From the NCBI GenBank assembly GCA_963724295.1, contig CAVRUC010000004.1, positions 128,001-192,000 on the forward strand: a stretch of DNA of 64,000 nucleotides, read 5' to 3'. The position numbers were made by a program, and so were the translations under genes. Origin of the DNA: an uncultured Chloroflexia bacterium. Its GTDB lineage: Bacteria > Chloroflexota > Chloroflexia > Thermomicrobiales > UBA6265. Within the stretch, counting starts at the first letter, position 1. The number at the start of each line of letters is the position of its first letter. Below, one piece after another: positions 1 to 9,282 of the stretch. The notes beneath the pieces were generated by a model, which was not told the DNA's origin, searched no databases, and was given only the letters and a program-made list of their open reading frames with translations.

Positions 1-1022
1 AGGCGATGGAGCACCGCGAGATGCCGAGGCAGGGACTGCGCCGTTGCCAGCCACACCCCAGCCAGAATGAGCGCTCCCCCGATGACTTGCCCCAGCGAGA
101 TCGCCTCGCCGAGCACGGCGACCGCAACGCCGATCCCGACCAGCGTCTCCACGTTGCCGAAGACCGCAACCTGGCCGGCTTCAAGCCGACTCAGCCCGAA
201 GACCGACAGGGCGTAGGCCAGCCCCGAACACCCTGCGCCCAGGTACAGCACCAGTAGAACATCACCCGCATCTGGTGCCAGCGCAGCGCCAGCGAGCAAC
301 TCCAGCGCGGCTGGTAGGCACAGGAAGAGCAGCCCGTAACCAACGCCACCAGTGACGAGGGCGAGCGGATGACCATCGACGGCGATCTTGCGACCGATGA
401 CGTTGTAGGCGGCGAAGCAGGCAGTTCCGATCAGGAAGAAGCCGTTCCCGACGAGTGAGCTACCGAGGTTGCCGGCAGCGGGCAGGACAGTCAGCGCCAC
501 CCCGGCGACGGAGGCGAGGACGCCGAGCACGCGGCGACGTGACGGCTGTTCGTGTAGCGTCATGGCAGCGAGCAGGAGGACGAAGATAGGCGTGGCCGCT
601 TCGAAAAGGCTCGCATTGGTGGCCGGCGCGAAGTGCAGGCCGACATTGCGGCAGAGGACGAAGGCTGCCATCCCGGTCAGCCCGAGCAGGGCTGGGGCCA
701 GACCGCGGGCGGGGCGTGCGCCGGACCGGTGTAACAGCAGTCGCAGCACTATCCAGGCCACGGCGAGCCGGGCTACGCCGAGGGTGAGCGGTGGGACGTG
801 GTCGAGGACGAGCCGTGTGGCACCGGGGGACGTGCCCCATATCACGCTCGCTGCGAGAACCGCGAGCACGGCGTGCACACGACGATCCGGTCGGGGAACC
901 GCGTGCGATAGCCACGTCCTTACACTGGCGATCCCGGAACGTGTCCATGCATGATCCGGGACCGCAGAGGGCATCGGAACCACGTCGACCCGCGAGGGCA
1001 GCGAGGGACTCGCAGTGGCCAT
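1..1022 (-). CDS. DMT/EamA family transporter, 3' end runs off the window edge
   Basis: Not in the ORF track; both ends translated by hand and in the same frame. GGAGG RBS before ATG at 1022; VLAVLAASVIWGTSPGATRLVLDHVPPLTLGVARL and GLSRLEAGQVAVFGNVETLVGIGVAVAVLGEAISLGQVIGGALILAGVWL are EamA-like segments. Confidence 0.85.
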   Translation of the reverse strand, partial: MATASPSLPSRVDVVPMPSAVPDHAWTRSGIASVRTWLSHAVPRPDRRVHAVLAVLAASVIWGTSPGATRLVLDHVPPLTLGVARLAVAWIVLRLLLHRSGARPARGLAPALLGLTGMAAFVLCRNVGLHFAPATNASLFEAATPIFVLLLAAMTLHEQPSRRRVLGVLASVAGVALTVLPAAGNLGSSLVGNGFFLIGTACFAAYNVIGRKIAVDGHPLALVTGGVGYGLLFLCLPAALELLAGAALAPDAGDVLLVLYLGAGCSGLAYALSVFGLSRLEAGQVAVFGNVETLVGIGVAVAVLGEAISLGQVIGGALILAGVWLATAQSLPRHLAVLHR

Positions 1023-1184
1023 AGTGGGTCCTCCCTCCATGTTGCGGCTGTCCGAACCCCACACCTAGATGGCCGACGACCCGCGCCGGACACGTGTCGC
1101 GCCGGACTCGGGGTACCAGGATTGCCCTTCGAGGGTTCGTGGCAACGCAATTCTCCGGCGCACCCCGATCGGGCACTACGCGCG

Positions 1185-1208
1185 TTACCCACGCATTGCC
1201 CACGCATT
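1185..1208. promoter_or_regulatory. 11-bp direct repeat (TTACCCACGCA/TTGCCCACGCA) between divergent DMT and regulator genes; candidate operator
   Basis: Tandem repeat with one-helical-turn period in a divergent intergenic region. Confidence 0.4.
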
Positions 1209-1300
1209 CGAGGTTCATAAGCAATTGAAGGTGCGCTAAACTTCCTGGCTAGCGGTATTCGACTCCTGCTCGACCCAACGGCGTGAGCGGGAGGGGCCAG

Positions 1301-3868
1301 ATGAACGGTTGCAATTCTTCATTCGGTGAGCTCCTGCGACAACTGCGCACCGATGCGGCACTCTCACAGGAGGAGTTGGCCGAGCTTGCGGGCCTGAGCC
1401 TGCGCGGTGTGAGCGACCTGGAACGGGGGGCGCGGCGCACGCCGCATCTGAGCACGGTCGGCATGCTGGCCGAGGCGCTCAACCTCGGACGCGAGGACCG
1501 GCAAGCGCTCGTGGCCGCGGCTCGCCCCGAGCCGCCGGTCACGCGCTCGGGCGACGCAGTCAACGGCCGGACCCTGGCGGCGCTGACGCCACTCGTCGGG
1601 CGCCAGCAAGAGCTGGGCGACCTGGCAGCGATGCTGCGCCGTTCCGACATCCGGCTGCTGACGCTGACCGGGCCCGGGGGTGTCGGCAAGACTCGCCTCG
1701 CGCTCAGTGCGGTAGCCGCGGTGTCGGATCACTTTCCCGATGGGCTCACACTCGTTCCGCTCGCCCCGGTTAGCGATCCAGCGCTGCTGGCTCCCGCCAT
1801 CGTCAAGGCGCTCGGTGTGCGCGAGGCGGGCGACGGGACCCTGATTGAGCGACTGAAGGCCGTCGTCCGCGACAAGCGTCTCCTGCTGGTGCTCGACAAC
1901 TTCGAGCAGATCGTCGAGGCCGCACCATACGTGGCCGACCTCCTCGTCAATTGCCCCAACCTGACGGTGCTGGTCACCAGCCGCGTCCGCCTCCGGGTCT
2001 CCGGGGAGCGTGTGTTCCCGATCGCCCCGCTCGGGCTGGTTGAGCTTGATCGCCATTGCAGCGTCGCGGATGTCGCTGCGTCCGATGCGGTTCGGCTCTT
2101 CATCACGCGCGCGGAGGCGGTCCAGCCCGGTTTCGCGCTGACTCCGGACAACGCTGTCGCCGTCGCCGAGATCTGTCGGCGCTTGGACGGACTGCCCCTC
2201 GCGATCGAGCTCGCCGCTGCTCGGGTCAAGATGCTCCCGCCATCGGCACTCCTCGGCCGACTCGACCGCCGACTGCCACTGCTGACTGGGGGAGGACGTG
2301 ATGTCCCGCAACGGCAGCAAACGATGCGGGATGCCATCGCCTGGAGTCACGATCTGCTCAGTCATGAGGAGCAGGTGTTCTTCCGGCGCCTGGCGGTCTT
2401 CGCCGGTGGCTTCACGCTCGAGTCGGCGGAGACTGTCGTGAGGAATCCAGGGGAGCTGGGGATCGACCCACTGGACGGCGTGGCCTCACTCCTCGACAAG
2501 AGCTTGTTGCAGCGGGAAGTGGGACCGGGTGGGGAGCCGCGCTTCACCATGCTGGAGACCGTGCGAGAGTTCGCCCTCGAGCAGCTAGCGGCGAGCGGCG
2601 AGGACGCCTCAGTTCGGCAACGCCACGCAGCCTGGTATCTGGCACTGGTGGAGGCGGTCGGGCGCGATCTTGAGTCGGGTCGAGCGGAGGCTGCCTGGTA
2701 CGTTCGCTTGGACGCCGATTTGGACAACCTGCGTGCGGCAGTAGCGTGGTTCGACGCAGCAGATGAGCCGATCAACGTTCTCCGGCTGCTCTCGGCGATC
2801 TCTGGCTACTGGTTCGTCCGGCCCTACCTTGCTGAGGTCCGCGGCTGGCTGGAGCAGGCTCTCCGTACCGCCCCCGACGCACCCATCGCTGTCCGCGTGG
2901 AGGCTCTCCACGTTGCCGCGATTACGACCAGCTTCCTCGGCGACGCGCCAGCGGCCGTCGCCCATGCCGAGGAGGAGGTGGCTCTCGCCCGCGAGCTCGG
3001 TGACTCACTTGCGCTCGGTCGCGCACATTACGACGTCGGCCTGGCCTGGGCGTTCGCTGACGACGTCGCGCGAGCAGCGGTAGCCTATGAGGAGGCGGTG
3101 TCGCTGTTGCGGACGACCGGGGTGCCATTGTGGGAAGCCATGGCGCTCGCTGAGCTCGGCGACACCCGACTCATGATGGGCGACGTGGCGGGGGCCGTGC
3201 CTCTGCTCGATGAGGCCCTCGCACTTCACCGCCGTAGCGAGTTCCCGGTGCGCATCGCGGTGACCCTCGGCGAACGCGCCCACGCCGCGCGGATGCAAGG
3301 CGACCAGGCGCTGGCCAGCCGCCTGTTCATCGAGAGCATGACCGTCGCCGCGGAGATCGGCTCCGAGCGCTTCCTCCTGGGTGCGGTGGCTGGTCTGGCC
3401 GGCGTTGCCCTGGCACTCGGGCAGCCGGAGCGGGCGGCACGGTTGTTGGGCGCAGTGGAGACGACGGCGACGTCGAGCGGCGGCGGTCGGGTCGCCCATG
3501 CGGCGCACACCGCGCGCATCCTCGCCGAGGTACGGGCAAGCCTCCCTGAGCCGGTGTTTGCCGCCGCCTGGGACGAGGGACGGGCGCTCCCGTTCACTGA
3601 TGCACGCGCCGACGCTATGGCACTCGCCGCGTCCGCAGAGGAGCCGCCAGCAGCTGTGCCCGACGTCGCCAGCAGGTGCGGGCTGACGGCCCGAGAACTG
3701 GATGTCCTGCGGCTGCTTGTGGAAGGACACTCCGATCGCCAGATCGCCGCGGCGCTTTACATCGGCACACGCACCGTCCAGACCCACGTCGCGAATCTCT
3801 TAACCAAGCTCAGGGTCAATACCCGCGCTGCGGCGGCTGCCGTCGCGGTGCGCTGCGGCATCGTTTGA
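1301..3868 (+). CDS. STAND-type transcriptional regulator: XRE HTH + NB-ARC NTPase + TPR + C-terminal LuxR HTH
   Basis: [23 protein letters not shown]; Walker A GPGGVGKT; Walker [44 protein letters not shown]. Start could be GTG 1283. Confidence 0.93.
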   Translation: MNGCNSSFGELLRQLRTDAALSQEELAELAGLSLRGVSDLERGARRTPHLSTVGMLAEALNLGREDRQALVAAARPEPPVTRSGDAVNGRTLAALTPLVGRQQELGDLAAMLRRSDIRLLTLTGPGGVGKTRLALSAVAAVSDHFPDGLTLVPLAPVSDPALLAPAIVKALGVREAGDGTLIERLKAVVRDKRLLLVLDNFEQIVEAAPYVADLLVNCPNLTVLVTSRVRLRVSGERVFPIAPLGLVELDRHCSVADVAASDAVRLFITRAEAVQPGFALTPDNAVAVAEICRRLDGLPLAIELAAARVKMLPPSALLGRLDRRLPLLTGGGRDVPQRQQTMRDAIAWSHDLLSHEEQVFFRRLAVFAGGFTLESAETVVRNPGELGIDPLDGVASLLDKSLLQREVGPGGEPRFTMLETVREFALEQLAASGEDASVRQRHAAWYLALVEAVGRDLESGRAEAAWYVRLDADLDNLRAAVAWFDAADEPINVLRLLSAISGYWFVRPYLAEVRGWLEQALRTAPDAPIAVRVEALHVAAITTSFLGDAPAAVAHAEEEVALARELGDSLALGRAHYDVGLAWAFADDVARAAVAYEEAVSLLRTTGVPLWEAMALAELGDTRLMMGDVAGAVPLLDEALALHRRSEFPVRIAVTLGERAHAARMQGDQALASRLFIESMTVAAEIGSERFLLGAVAGLAGVALALGQPERAARLLGAVETTATSSGGGRVAHAAHTARILAEVRASLPEPVFAAAWDEGRALPFTDARADAMALAASAEEPPAAVPDVASRCGLTARELDVLRLLVEGHSDRQIAAALYIGTRTVQTHVANLLTKLRVNTRAAAAAVAVRCGIV

Positions 3869-3880
3869 TCGTAGCCGGCG

Positions 3881-3968
3881 TCTCCGCAATCGGCGGAGAT
3901 TACGGAGAGCAGCGTCGCATCGCCCGTGAGCCAAATTCCGTAATCCGTTCCGCAATCTCCACGATGTG
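3881..3968. promoter_or_regulatory. Four copies of TCCGYAATC; candidate LuxR-HTH operator array
   Basis: Copies at 3883-3891, 3898-3906 (inverted), 3937-3945 and 3949-3957. The first two also form a hairpin that could be a terminator. Confidence 0.55.
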
Positions 3969-4053
3969 CGTGCCGCGACGGCAGCGGAGGATAGAGCCAC
4001 GCCCGCGACGGGCGCTGGAGATCGAACTGATCAATGGCTCCAAGGAGGACACC

Positions 4054-4305
4054 GTGGTTCCAGGTATCACGGACACCGAGTGCCGCATCAAGCAGTTGCG
4101 CTACCGGGAGCTGCACGTGGAGGCCGAGCGGCAGCGTCTGGCCGCCACGGCCTGCGCTCAGAAAGACCGAGGGGGAGTTACGGAGACGTTGCAGAGTCGC
4201 ATCGCCATGCTCATGGAGCGGCGCCGTCACTTCCTGCACCGCCTGCGCTCAGCGGACGCGAGGGACCATGCCATCGCTCCTGGCACGCTCGCGGTGAGCA
4301 AGTAG
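4054..4305 (+). CDS. Small hypothetical protein (83 aa) with LRYRELHVEAERQRLA motif
   Basis: AAGGAGGA RBS before GTG 4054; follows the operator array. Confidence 0.7.
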   Translation: MVPGITDTECRIKQLRYRELHVEAERQRLAATACAQKDRGGVTETLQSRIAMLMERRRHFLHRLRSADARDHAIAPGTLAVSK

Positions 4306-4329
4306 TGACTGACGCGGGTGCGAGACGAT

Positions 4330-4605
4330 TCAGACTGCTGGGAGCTGTCGGAGCACGGTCCGGATCGTCTCGTGGCTGACGCCGAAGTCTGCAGCAAGGT
4401 CGCGCAAGGTGTGGCTGCCTGCTTCGCTTCGGATGGTCGCTTTCTGCTCGGCGGTAAGCTTGCTCTGGCGCGGAGCGTAGTATGCCGTACGCTTGGACCG
4501 ACCGCTCAGGCGGCGAGGCGGGACGACGGCAATGTCGATGGGATCTGTGCCACGTGTGTCATGACGCGCTGGCGACACCGATCCCCGTCGCTTCCGCCCG
4601 TTCAT
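4330..4605 (-). CDS. Small helix-turn-helix protein or remnant
   Basis: KLTAEQKATIR..TLRDLAADFGVSHETIRTVL is an HTH pattern; start uncertain. Confidence 0.5.
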   Translation of the reverse strand: MNGRKRRGSVSPARHDTRGTDPIDIAVVPPRRLSGRSKRTAYYAPRQSKLTAEQKATIRSEAGSHTLRDLAADFGVSHETIRTVLRQLPAV

Positions 4606-4669
4606 ACCCTCGCTTGACGGCGTCACCTCGGTGGCGCCGTTGATATTTGCCTCCAGAAGCCTTCCTCCA

Positions 4670-4866
4670 TCGCCCCTTTCACGAAGAGTCGTTCTCCATA
4701 CCATTCGGGATGCGCTCCATGGCAAAGGGTACGTGCCGATTCCGTTCGATCGGGAGCCGCCCGATGAGCGCGATGTGACGGAGACGGTCACCACGCTTGC
4801 TCACCTTGTGCGGTCTATCATCGCGGACTTGACCGCTCCAAAAAGCGTGTCGGATGAACTCGCGAT
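4670..4866 (+). pseudogene. Remnant of the C-terminal domain typical of pentapeptide-repeat proteins
   Basis: VLHTIRDALHGKGYVPIPFDREPPDERDVTETVTTLAHLVRSIIADLTAPKSVSDEL resembles, from memory, the conserved GY.P..FDF..P..RD.TETV.TLA...RF.IAD.T..KS...EL segment; no intact N-terminus. Confidence 0.55.
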
Positions 4867-4897
4867 ATGTTTGGCCGCAGCCGGTCGGTCCCTGCAC

Positions 4898-5887
4898 CTA
4901 TCGATCGCGCGCCAGGGCGTACCCGGCCAGGCAGTACATCACGATCCAGCAGGCCATCCGCTGCACCGAGTAGGCATTGCCGCCGATCATCATCACCGAT
5001 AGTCCGCACAGCTTCCCGCTTTGCCCGGCGGCGAAGGCTGTCTCCAGCACATCGGCGGCGCGCAGGCCATAGGGATCGGGCCAGTCCCAATCGGGTGTCT
5101 CAGCGCTGTCCAGCACGTCCAGGTCGACGGCGAGCCAGAGCCGGTCGACGCCGCTCGTGGCGTGGCGCACCGCCTCCGCGGCGAGCCGCCGGCTACCAAG
5201 CTCGCTCACCTCGCGGGCCATGATCGTGCGCATCCCGTTGTCGCGGTAGAACGCCATGTCTTCGCGCCGATTGGTCATCCCCCGCAGGCCGATCTGAACG
5301 TGATGGGACCGGCTCAACCGGTCGTTCCGCAGATAGGCGGTTCGCACCCAGTTCCAGGCGTTGGATTCATCTCCCCAATCGGGCGCGGTGTCGCAGTGCC
5401 CGTCGAAGTTGATCACCCCGATCGAGCTCGTGGCGTGATCGGCCAGCGCGTTGGCGACAGCCAAACTGGCGACGGGAGAGCCGCCGCCGATCGTGACCGG
5501 CAGGCAGCCCGCCTCGAGCACCTCGCCGACGACCGTCTCCACGGCGCTGACCGCGGCGCCCGTATCGCCAAACGGGAAATCGACGTCGCCGCAGTCGACG
5601 ATGGCCAGTGACTCCGCCGGGTCGATATCGAGCTCGGAAACGTAGGTGCTCCAGTAGGTGAGGCCGGCGATGCGCACCTTGCGCGGGGCGATGTCGTTCT
5701 CGTAGCCGAGGAGCGGACTGACAAACGGGATGCCGACGATCGCCACGTCCGCTCCCTGGAGGTCGGCCATAGTCTGCAGCGGCTGCGAGCCCATGAAGAC
5801 CGGGACACCCTGCCGGTTGAGCTGGTGGGTGCGCTGGGCGATGCCCAAAGAAAGCTCGAAACTCGTCACGCTCCCTCTCCTCTCCAT
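4898..5887 (-). CDS. Arginase/agmatinase (ureohydrolase) family protein with divergent active site
   Basis: DVAIVGIPF, DCGD, DGHCD, QIGLR and DLDVLD motifs; GGDH replaced by GGGS. Confidence 0.88.
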   Translation of the reverse strand: MERRGSVTSFELSLGIAQRTHQLNRQGVPVFMGSQPLQTMADLQGADVAIVGIPFVSPLLGYENDIAPRKVRIAGLTYWSTYVSELDIDPAESLAIVDCGDVDFPFGDTGAAVSAVETVVGEVLEAGCLPVTIGGGSPVASLAVANALADHATSSIGVINFDGHCDTAPDWGDESNAWNWVRTAYLRNDRLSRSHHVQIGLRGMTNRREDMAFYRDNGMRTIMAREVSELGSRRLAAEAVRHATSGVDRLWLAVDLDVLDSAETPDWDWPDPYGLRAADVLETAFAAGQSGKLCGLSVMMIGGNAYSVQRMACWIVMYCLAGYALARDR

Positions 5888-6181
5888 ACGGATTCCGCCC
5901 GAGCAGCGTCTGGATGCCCTCGTTGGTCGCCTTTACTCCGTCGCTCGACACTCCGAATGACCCGTGCTGCCGCTGCCTTCGTTGCGAAAGAACGTTAGGT
6001 CGGTGATCGCCGGCACGAAGACCGCGTCGTTGAACCGCGCCCATCCGCTCGATGATGTCGTGGTCGAAGGTCTCGTCCGTTGGCAGCTCGTCCTCGACCG
6101 AGCGGAACTTCGGCTCCTCGTCAGGCGTTTCCCGCTTCCTGGCAGGCGTGGTGCTGTCAGCAGCGGCCTTCCGCGTTCGCG

Positions 6182-7112
6182 CTAATTCAGCCACCGCCGC
6201 GTGCAGCATCTCGAGGAACCGTTCGCGGGATGCTTCGACGACGACGTCCACGTTCGGGGTGCGACCGGTAACGCCGAGAAGATCGACCACGGTCTGACCC
6301 CGACACCAGACGCCCCCGGTCTCGATCCCGACGAAGAGGCGCCTGGACTCCGTGACGATGGATGGGTCGATGGCGACGGCCATGGCGATCGGGTCGGGCA
6401 GATCGAACCCGTCTAACCCGGATGTCTCGGTCGCGAACTTGATCAATGCCGCCTGGATGTCGACGCAGAAGTTCGCCAGAGGGGTCCCTACGGCGCGCAG
6501 CCTGGCGGCATCGGCCTCGTTGAGGGTCGCATAGGTGTACGAGACGTCCCAGCCGACCATCGTGATCGGCATCCCCGATTCGAACACGATCTGCGCGGCC
6601 TCGGGGTCAACCCAGATGTTGTATTCCGCCACCGGGGTCACATTGCCGTGACCTCGTCCCGTCCCACCCATGACCACGCAATTGCTCACCTTGCCTGCCA
6701 GGGACGGGTCCCGCAAGAGGGCTAACGCCACGTTCGTCAGCGGTCCGAGTGTGACCAGGGTGATCTCTCCCGCATAGCGGTTGATCGTCTCCTGTAACAC
6801 GTCCGTCGCGTGCTCAGGGGCCGGGCTCCTGCCGTAGACCTCCAGACCGATGTCTCCCATGCCATCACTGCCATGGACATTTTGCGCGCTCTCGTGTGGA
6901 CGCAGGAGAGGGGCGCCCATGCCCTGATAGACAGGGACGTCCGCTCCGGTGAGCTCGACCGTGTAGAGGGCGTTCTGCGTGCCCTGCTCGAGCGGAACGT
7001 TTCCAGCGACGACGGTGATCGCCTCGACCTGGATCTGCGGGTTCGTCAGCGCCATGACGAGCGCCACCGCGTCGTCCGAGCCCGTGTCGGTATCAATCAG
7101 AAAGTGACGCAT
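6182..7112 (-). CDS. Nucleoside hydrolase (IU-NH family); stop apparently displaced by a 1-bp insertion
   Basis: DTDTGSDD, LGPLTNVA, AEYNIWVDPEAA. GAA TTA G at 6182-6188 becomes GAA TAG if one T is removed, giving 309 aa. Confidence 0.9.
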
Positions 7113-7157
7113 CTCCCAGACTCTCCCTACCCCGAGTTGCTCAGCGGCGGCCGCCGC

Positions 7158-8234
7158 TCAGCCGACACTAACGGAATTGACGCGACGCCAGGCGATGGTC
7201 GCCAGCCCGTGGGCGAGGGCTTCCATGTCCTCGCTATTGACCGATTTCACGGTTTCGACCAGATCCGTGGGTACCGCCCCGATGCCGCGCAAGGCGCCGG
7301 CGAGCGACCCCGCCATCGCCGCGATGGTGTCCGAGTCGTTGCCAATGTTCGTGCCGCCGATGACGGTCTCGAGGGGATCGCCGCCAGCCGCGACGAAGAT
7401 ACCGACGGCCGCCGGAACGGATTCGACAGTCATGACGGAGTTGCCGACACTCGCCTCGATCCGCCGCAAGGCGTCCTCCATGCCCTGAGCCCGCACCGCT
7501 TCTTCGATGGCGATCTCGATCCGCCGCGCGACATTCGGTCCCGCAATGTAGCGCCCCTCGCGACCGCCGAGCTCCTCCCCGTATCTGGCCCCCCACAGGC
7601 ATGCCTGCGTGACCGAGTAGACGTCGGCCCCGAGCTCCAGCGCGTGCGCGACCCCGGCCGCGATAGCGCCGGCGCCCGCGGCCGCGATCTGCGTGTCGTG
7701 GGTCGGACGGGCCGTCAACCAGGCCAGCCGCACCGCTCCTTCCAGGTCACCGGGAAAAACCAATCCCGCCGGCGCGATCCGCATCGCGGCGCCATTCGTT
7801 GCGCCGAAGCTGGTTTGCTTGCGAGTGGAGGTTCCCACGCACCCGATGTGAGAGGTGTCTTCGCCGGCGCTGATTGCCTCGAGCAGTGGTCGGGTGGTCG
7901 GACCCATCATCCTCGCCATCGGGGAGGTGCGAGACCAATCGACCAATTTGCTCACCCAGGCGTCCTCGCTCAGCTCGCCGTCCGCGTCGATGATCGCTTC
8001 GGCCAGGGCGAACATCTGGCTGGTGTCGTCGGTGATCTGGCCAGGGAGGTTCCCCGCGGAGAAGGTGTCACTGGAAGGGGCCCGCAGATCGCGCAGGAGT
8101 CCCCCGTACTCCTCGAGAATCTCCGGGATCGCATGCTGCTCGGTAGCGGCGCCCATGGCATCGCCGAGAGCCGCGGTTACCAGGCTGCCGAGGACGTGCT
8201 CGTAGAGACGTTGCCGATCTCCCACTTCGGGCAT
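7158..8234 (-). CDS. ADP-ribosylglycohydrolase (DraG/ARH family)
   Basis: GDAMG, TDDT, TNGAAMR, THDT and GNDSDT motifs. Confidence 0.92.
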   Translation of the reverse strand: MPEVGDRQRLYEHVLGSLVTAALGDAMGAATEQHAIPEILEEYGGLLRDLRAPSSDTFSAGNLPGQITDDTSQMFALAEAIIDADGELSEDAWVSKLVDWSRTSPMARMMGPTTRPLLEAISAGEDTSHIGCVGTSTRKQTSFGATNGAAMRIAPAGLVFPGDLEGAVRLAWLTARPTHDTQIAAAGAGAIAAGVAHALELGADVYSVTQACLWGARYGEELGGREGRYIAGPNVARRIEIAIEEAVRAQGMEDALRRIEASVGNSVMTVESVPAAVGIFVAAGGDPLETVIGGTNIGNDSDTIAAMAGSLAGALRGIGAVPTDLVETVKSVNSEDMEALAHGLATIAWRRVNSVSVG

Positions 8235-8311
8235 GAAGTCACCTTTCTGGTGTCGATCCTTCAACGGATGTCGTGGCCTTCATCATACCGGCCAGCATCG
8301 GGTTGCAGCCC

Positions 8312-9273
8312 TTATTCGCTCTCAGTCCGTGCCAGCGCTGCCGCTTCGGTCCACGTCGGAAGCCCTGACCGGACGCCCCACCCCGTGCAGGAGAGCGCGG
8401 CCGCCGCCGCGGCGAACCGGCCCGCTTCGGCCGCGGGACGGTCCTCCAGCAGCCAGGCGGTAATCAGGGCCGCGCTCAGGGCATCGCCAGCGCCGGTGGT
8501 ATCGACGACCGGCACCGCAAACCCCGGCACGAAATGCATGCCCTGCTTGCCTGTCCGCCTCGAAGAGGTAGAGGCCGCGTTCCCGGTCACTGACCGACGC
8601 TCGCCGTACCCCTTTGCCGCGCAAGTAGGCAAGTCCGTCCTCGAGCGTCGCTTCACCGGTATACGAGCGCAGATGCTCCCGGTTCGTCAGGAACAATTCG
8701 ACCGTGGGCAGAATCGAATCCACGTCCTGCCGTTGCAGCCCTCGTCCTTCCAGATCATCGAAGCTGCCGGGGAGATCGAAGGCAAGAGCCGGTCCCTGGC
8801 TGCTCGGCACAAAGTCCCGCCACTCGATGGAGTAATGGCGATGGCAGATACCCCGAGGTGAAGCAGACGCGAGAGCGGCGGATATACGCGTCATCCTCCT
8901 CGTCCAGCGTCAGGCCTCGCACGCCATTCCCGCCGGTGACCATGCTGCGGTCGCCGTGTCCATCGACGAAGACCAGCGTGTACGCGGTGTCATCCTCGCC
9001 TCCGACCTGGACCCGCGAGACATCAATGCCACGCTGCCGAAAGTCCTCGAGCACCATCGTTCCGGAGGCGTCGCAGCCGACCCGAACGATGACGCCGACG
9101 GAGAGTCCCAGCCGCGCCGCGGCGGCCGCGACATTCCCTTCGACACCCCCTGGTCCCGACTGCCGGTCGAGGACCATGACCCCTGTATCGCGCTCGGGGA
9201 GCACGGTGACGCGGTGGATATAGTCGATGACGGCGCTGCCAACCGTCACCAGATCGAGCGGGCCGGTCGACAT
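8312..9273 (-). CDS. PfkB/ribokinase family kinase split by two +1 frameshifts (~8805 and ~8550)
   Basis: PGGVEGNVAAAAARLG in ORF 8755-9273, FDLP..LFLTN in 8322-8894, VVDTTGAGD in 8312-8656. Confidence 0.85.
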
Positions 9274-9282
9274 CTGGCCGCC

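Noticed and set aside
1301..3868. STAND proteins as Avs-type antiviral NLRs
   Set aside because: They carry only XRE/LuxR DNA-binding domains and no nuclease, TIR, SIR2 or protease effector, consistent with transcription regulators
4571..4600. Intact tRNA gene
   Set aside because: Only a 3'-end resemblance; no TTCRA loop or cloverleaf
5367..7112. 581-aa nucleoside hydrolase fusion ORF
   Set aside because: The extension overlaps the arginase gene out of frame and disappears if one base at 6184 is removed
6810..8861. Long antisense ORFs (683 aa here; also 47746-49608, 32969-34312, 49672-51210)
   Set aside because: Shadow frames of real genes in GC-rich DNA with no recognisable motifs
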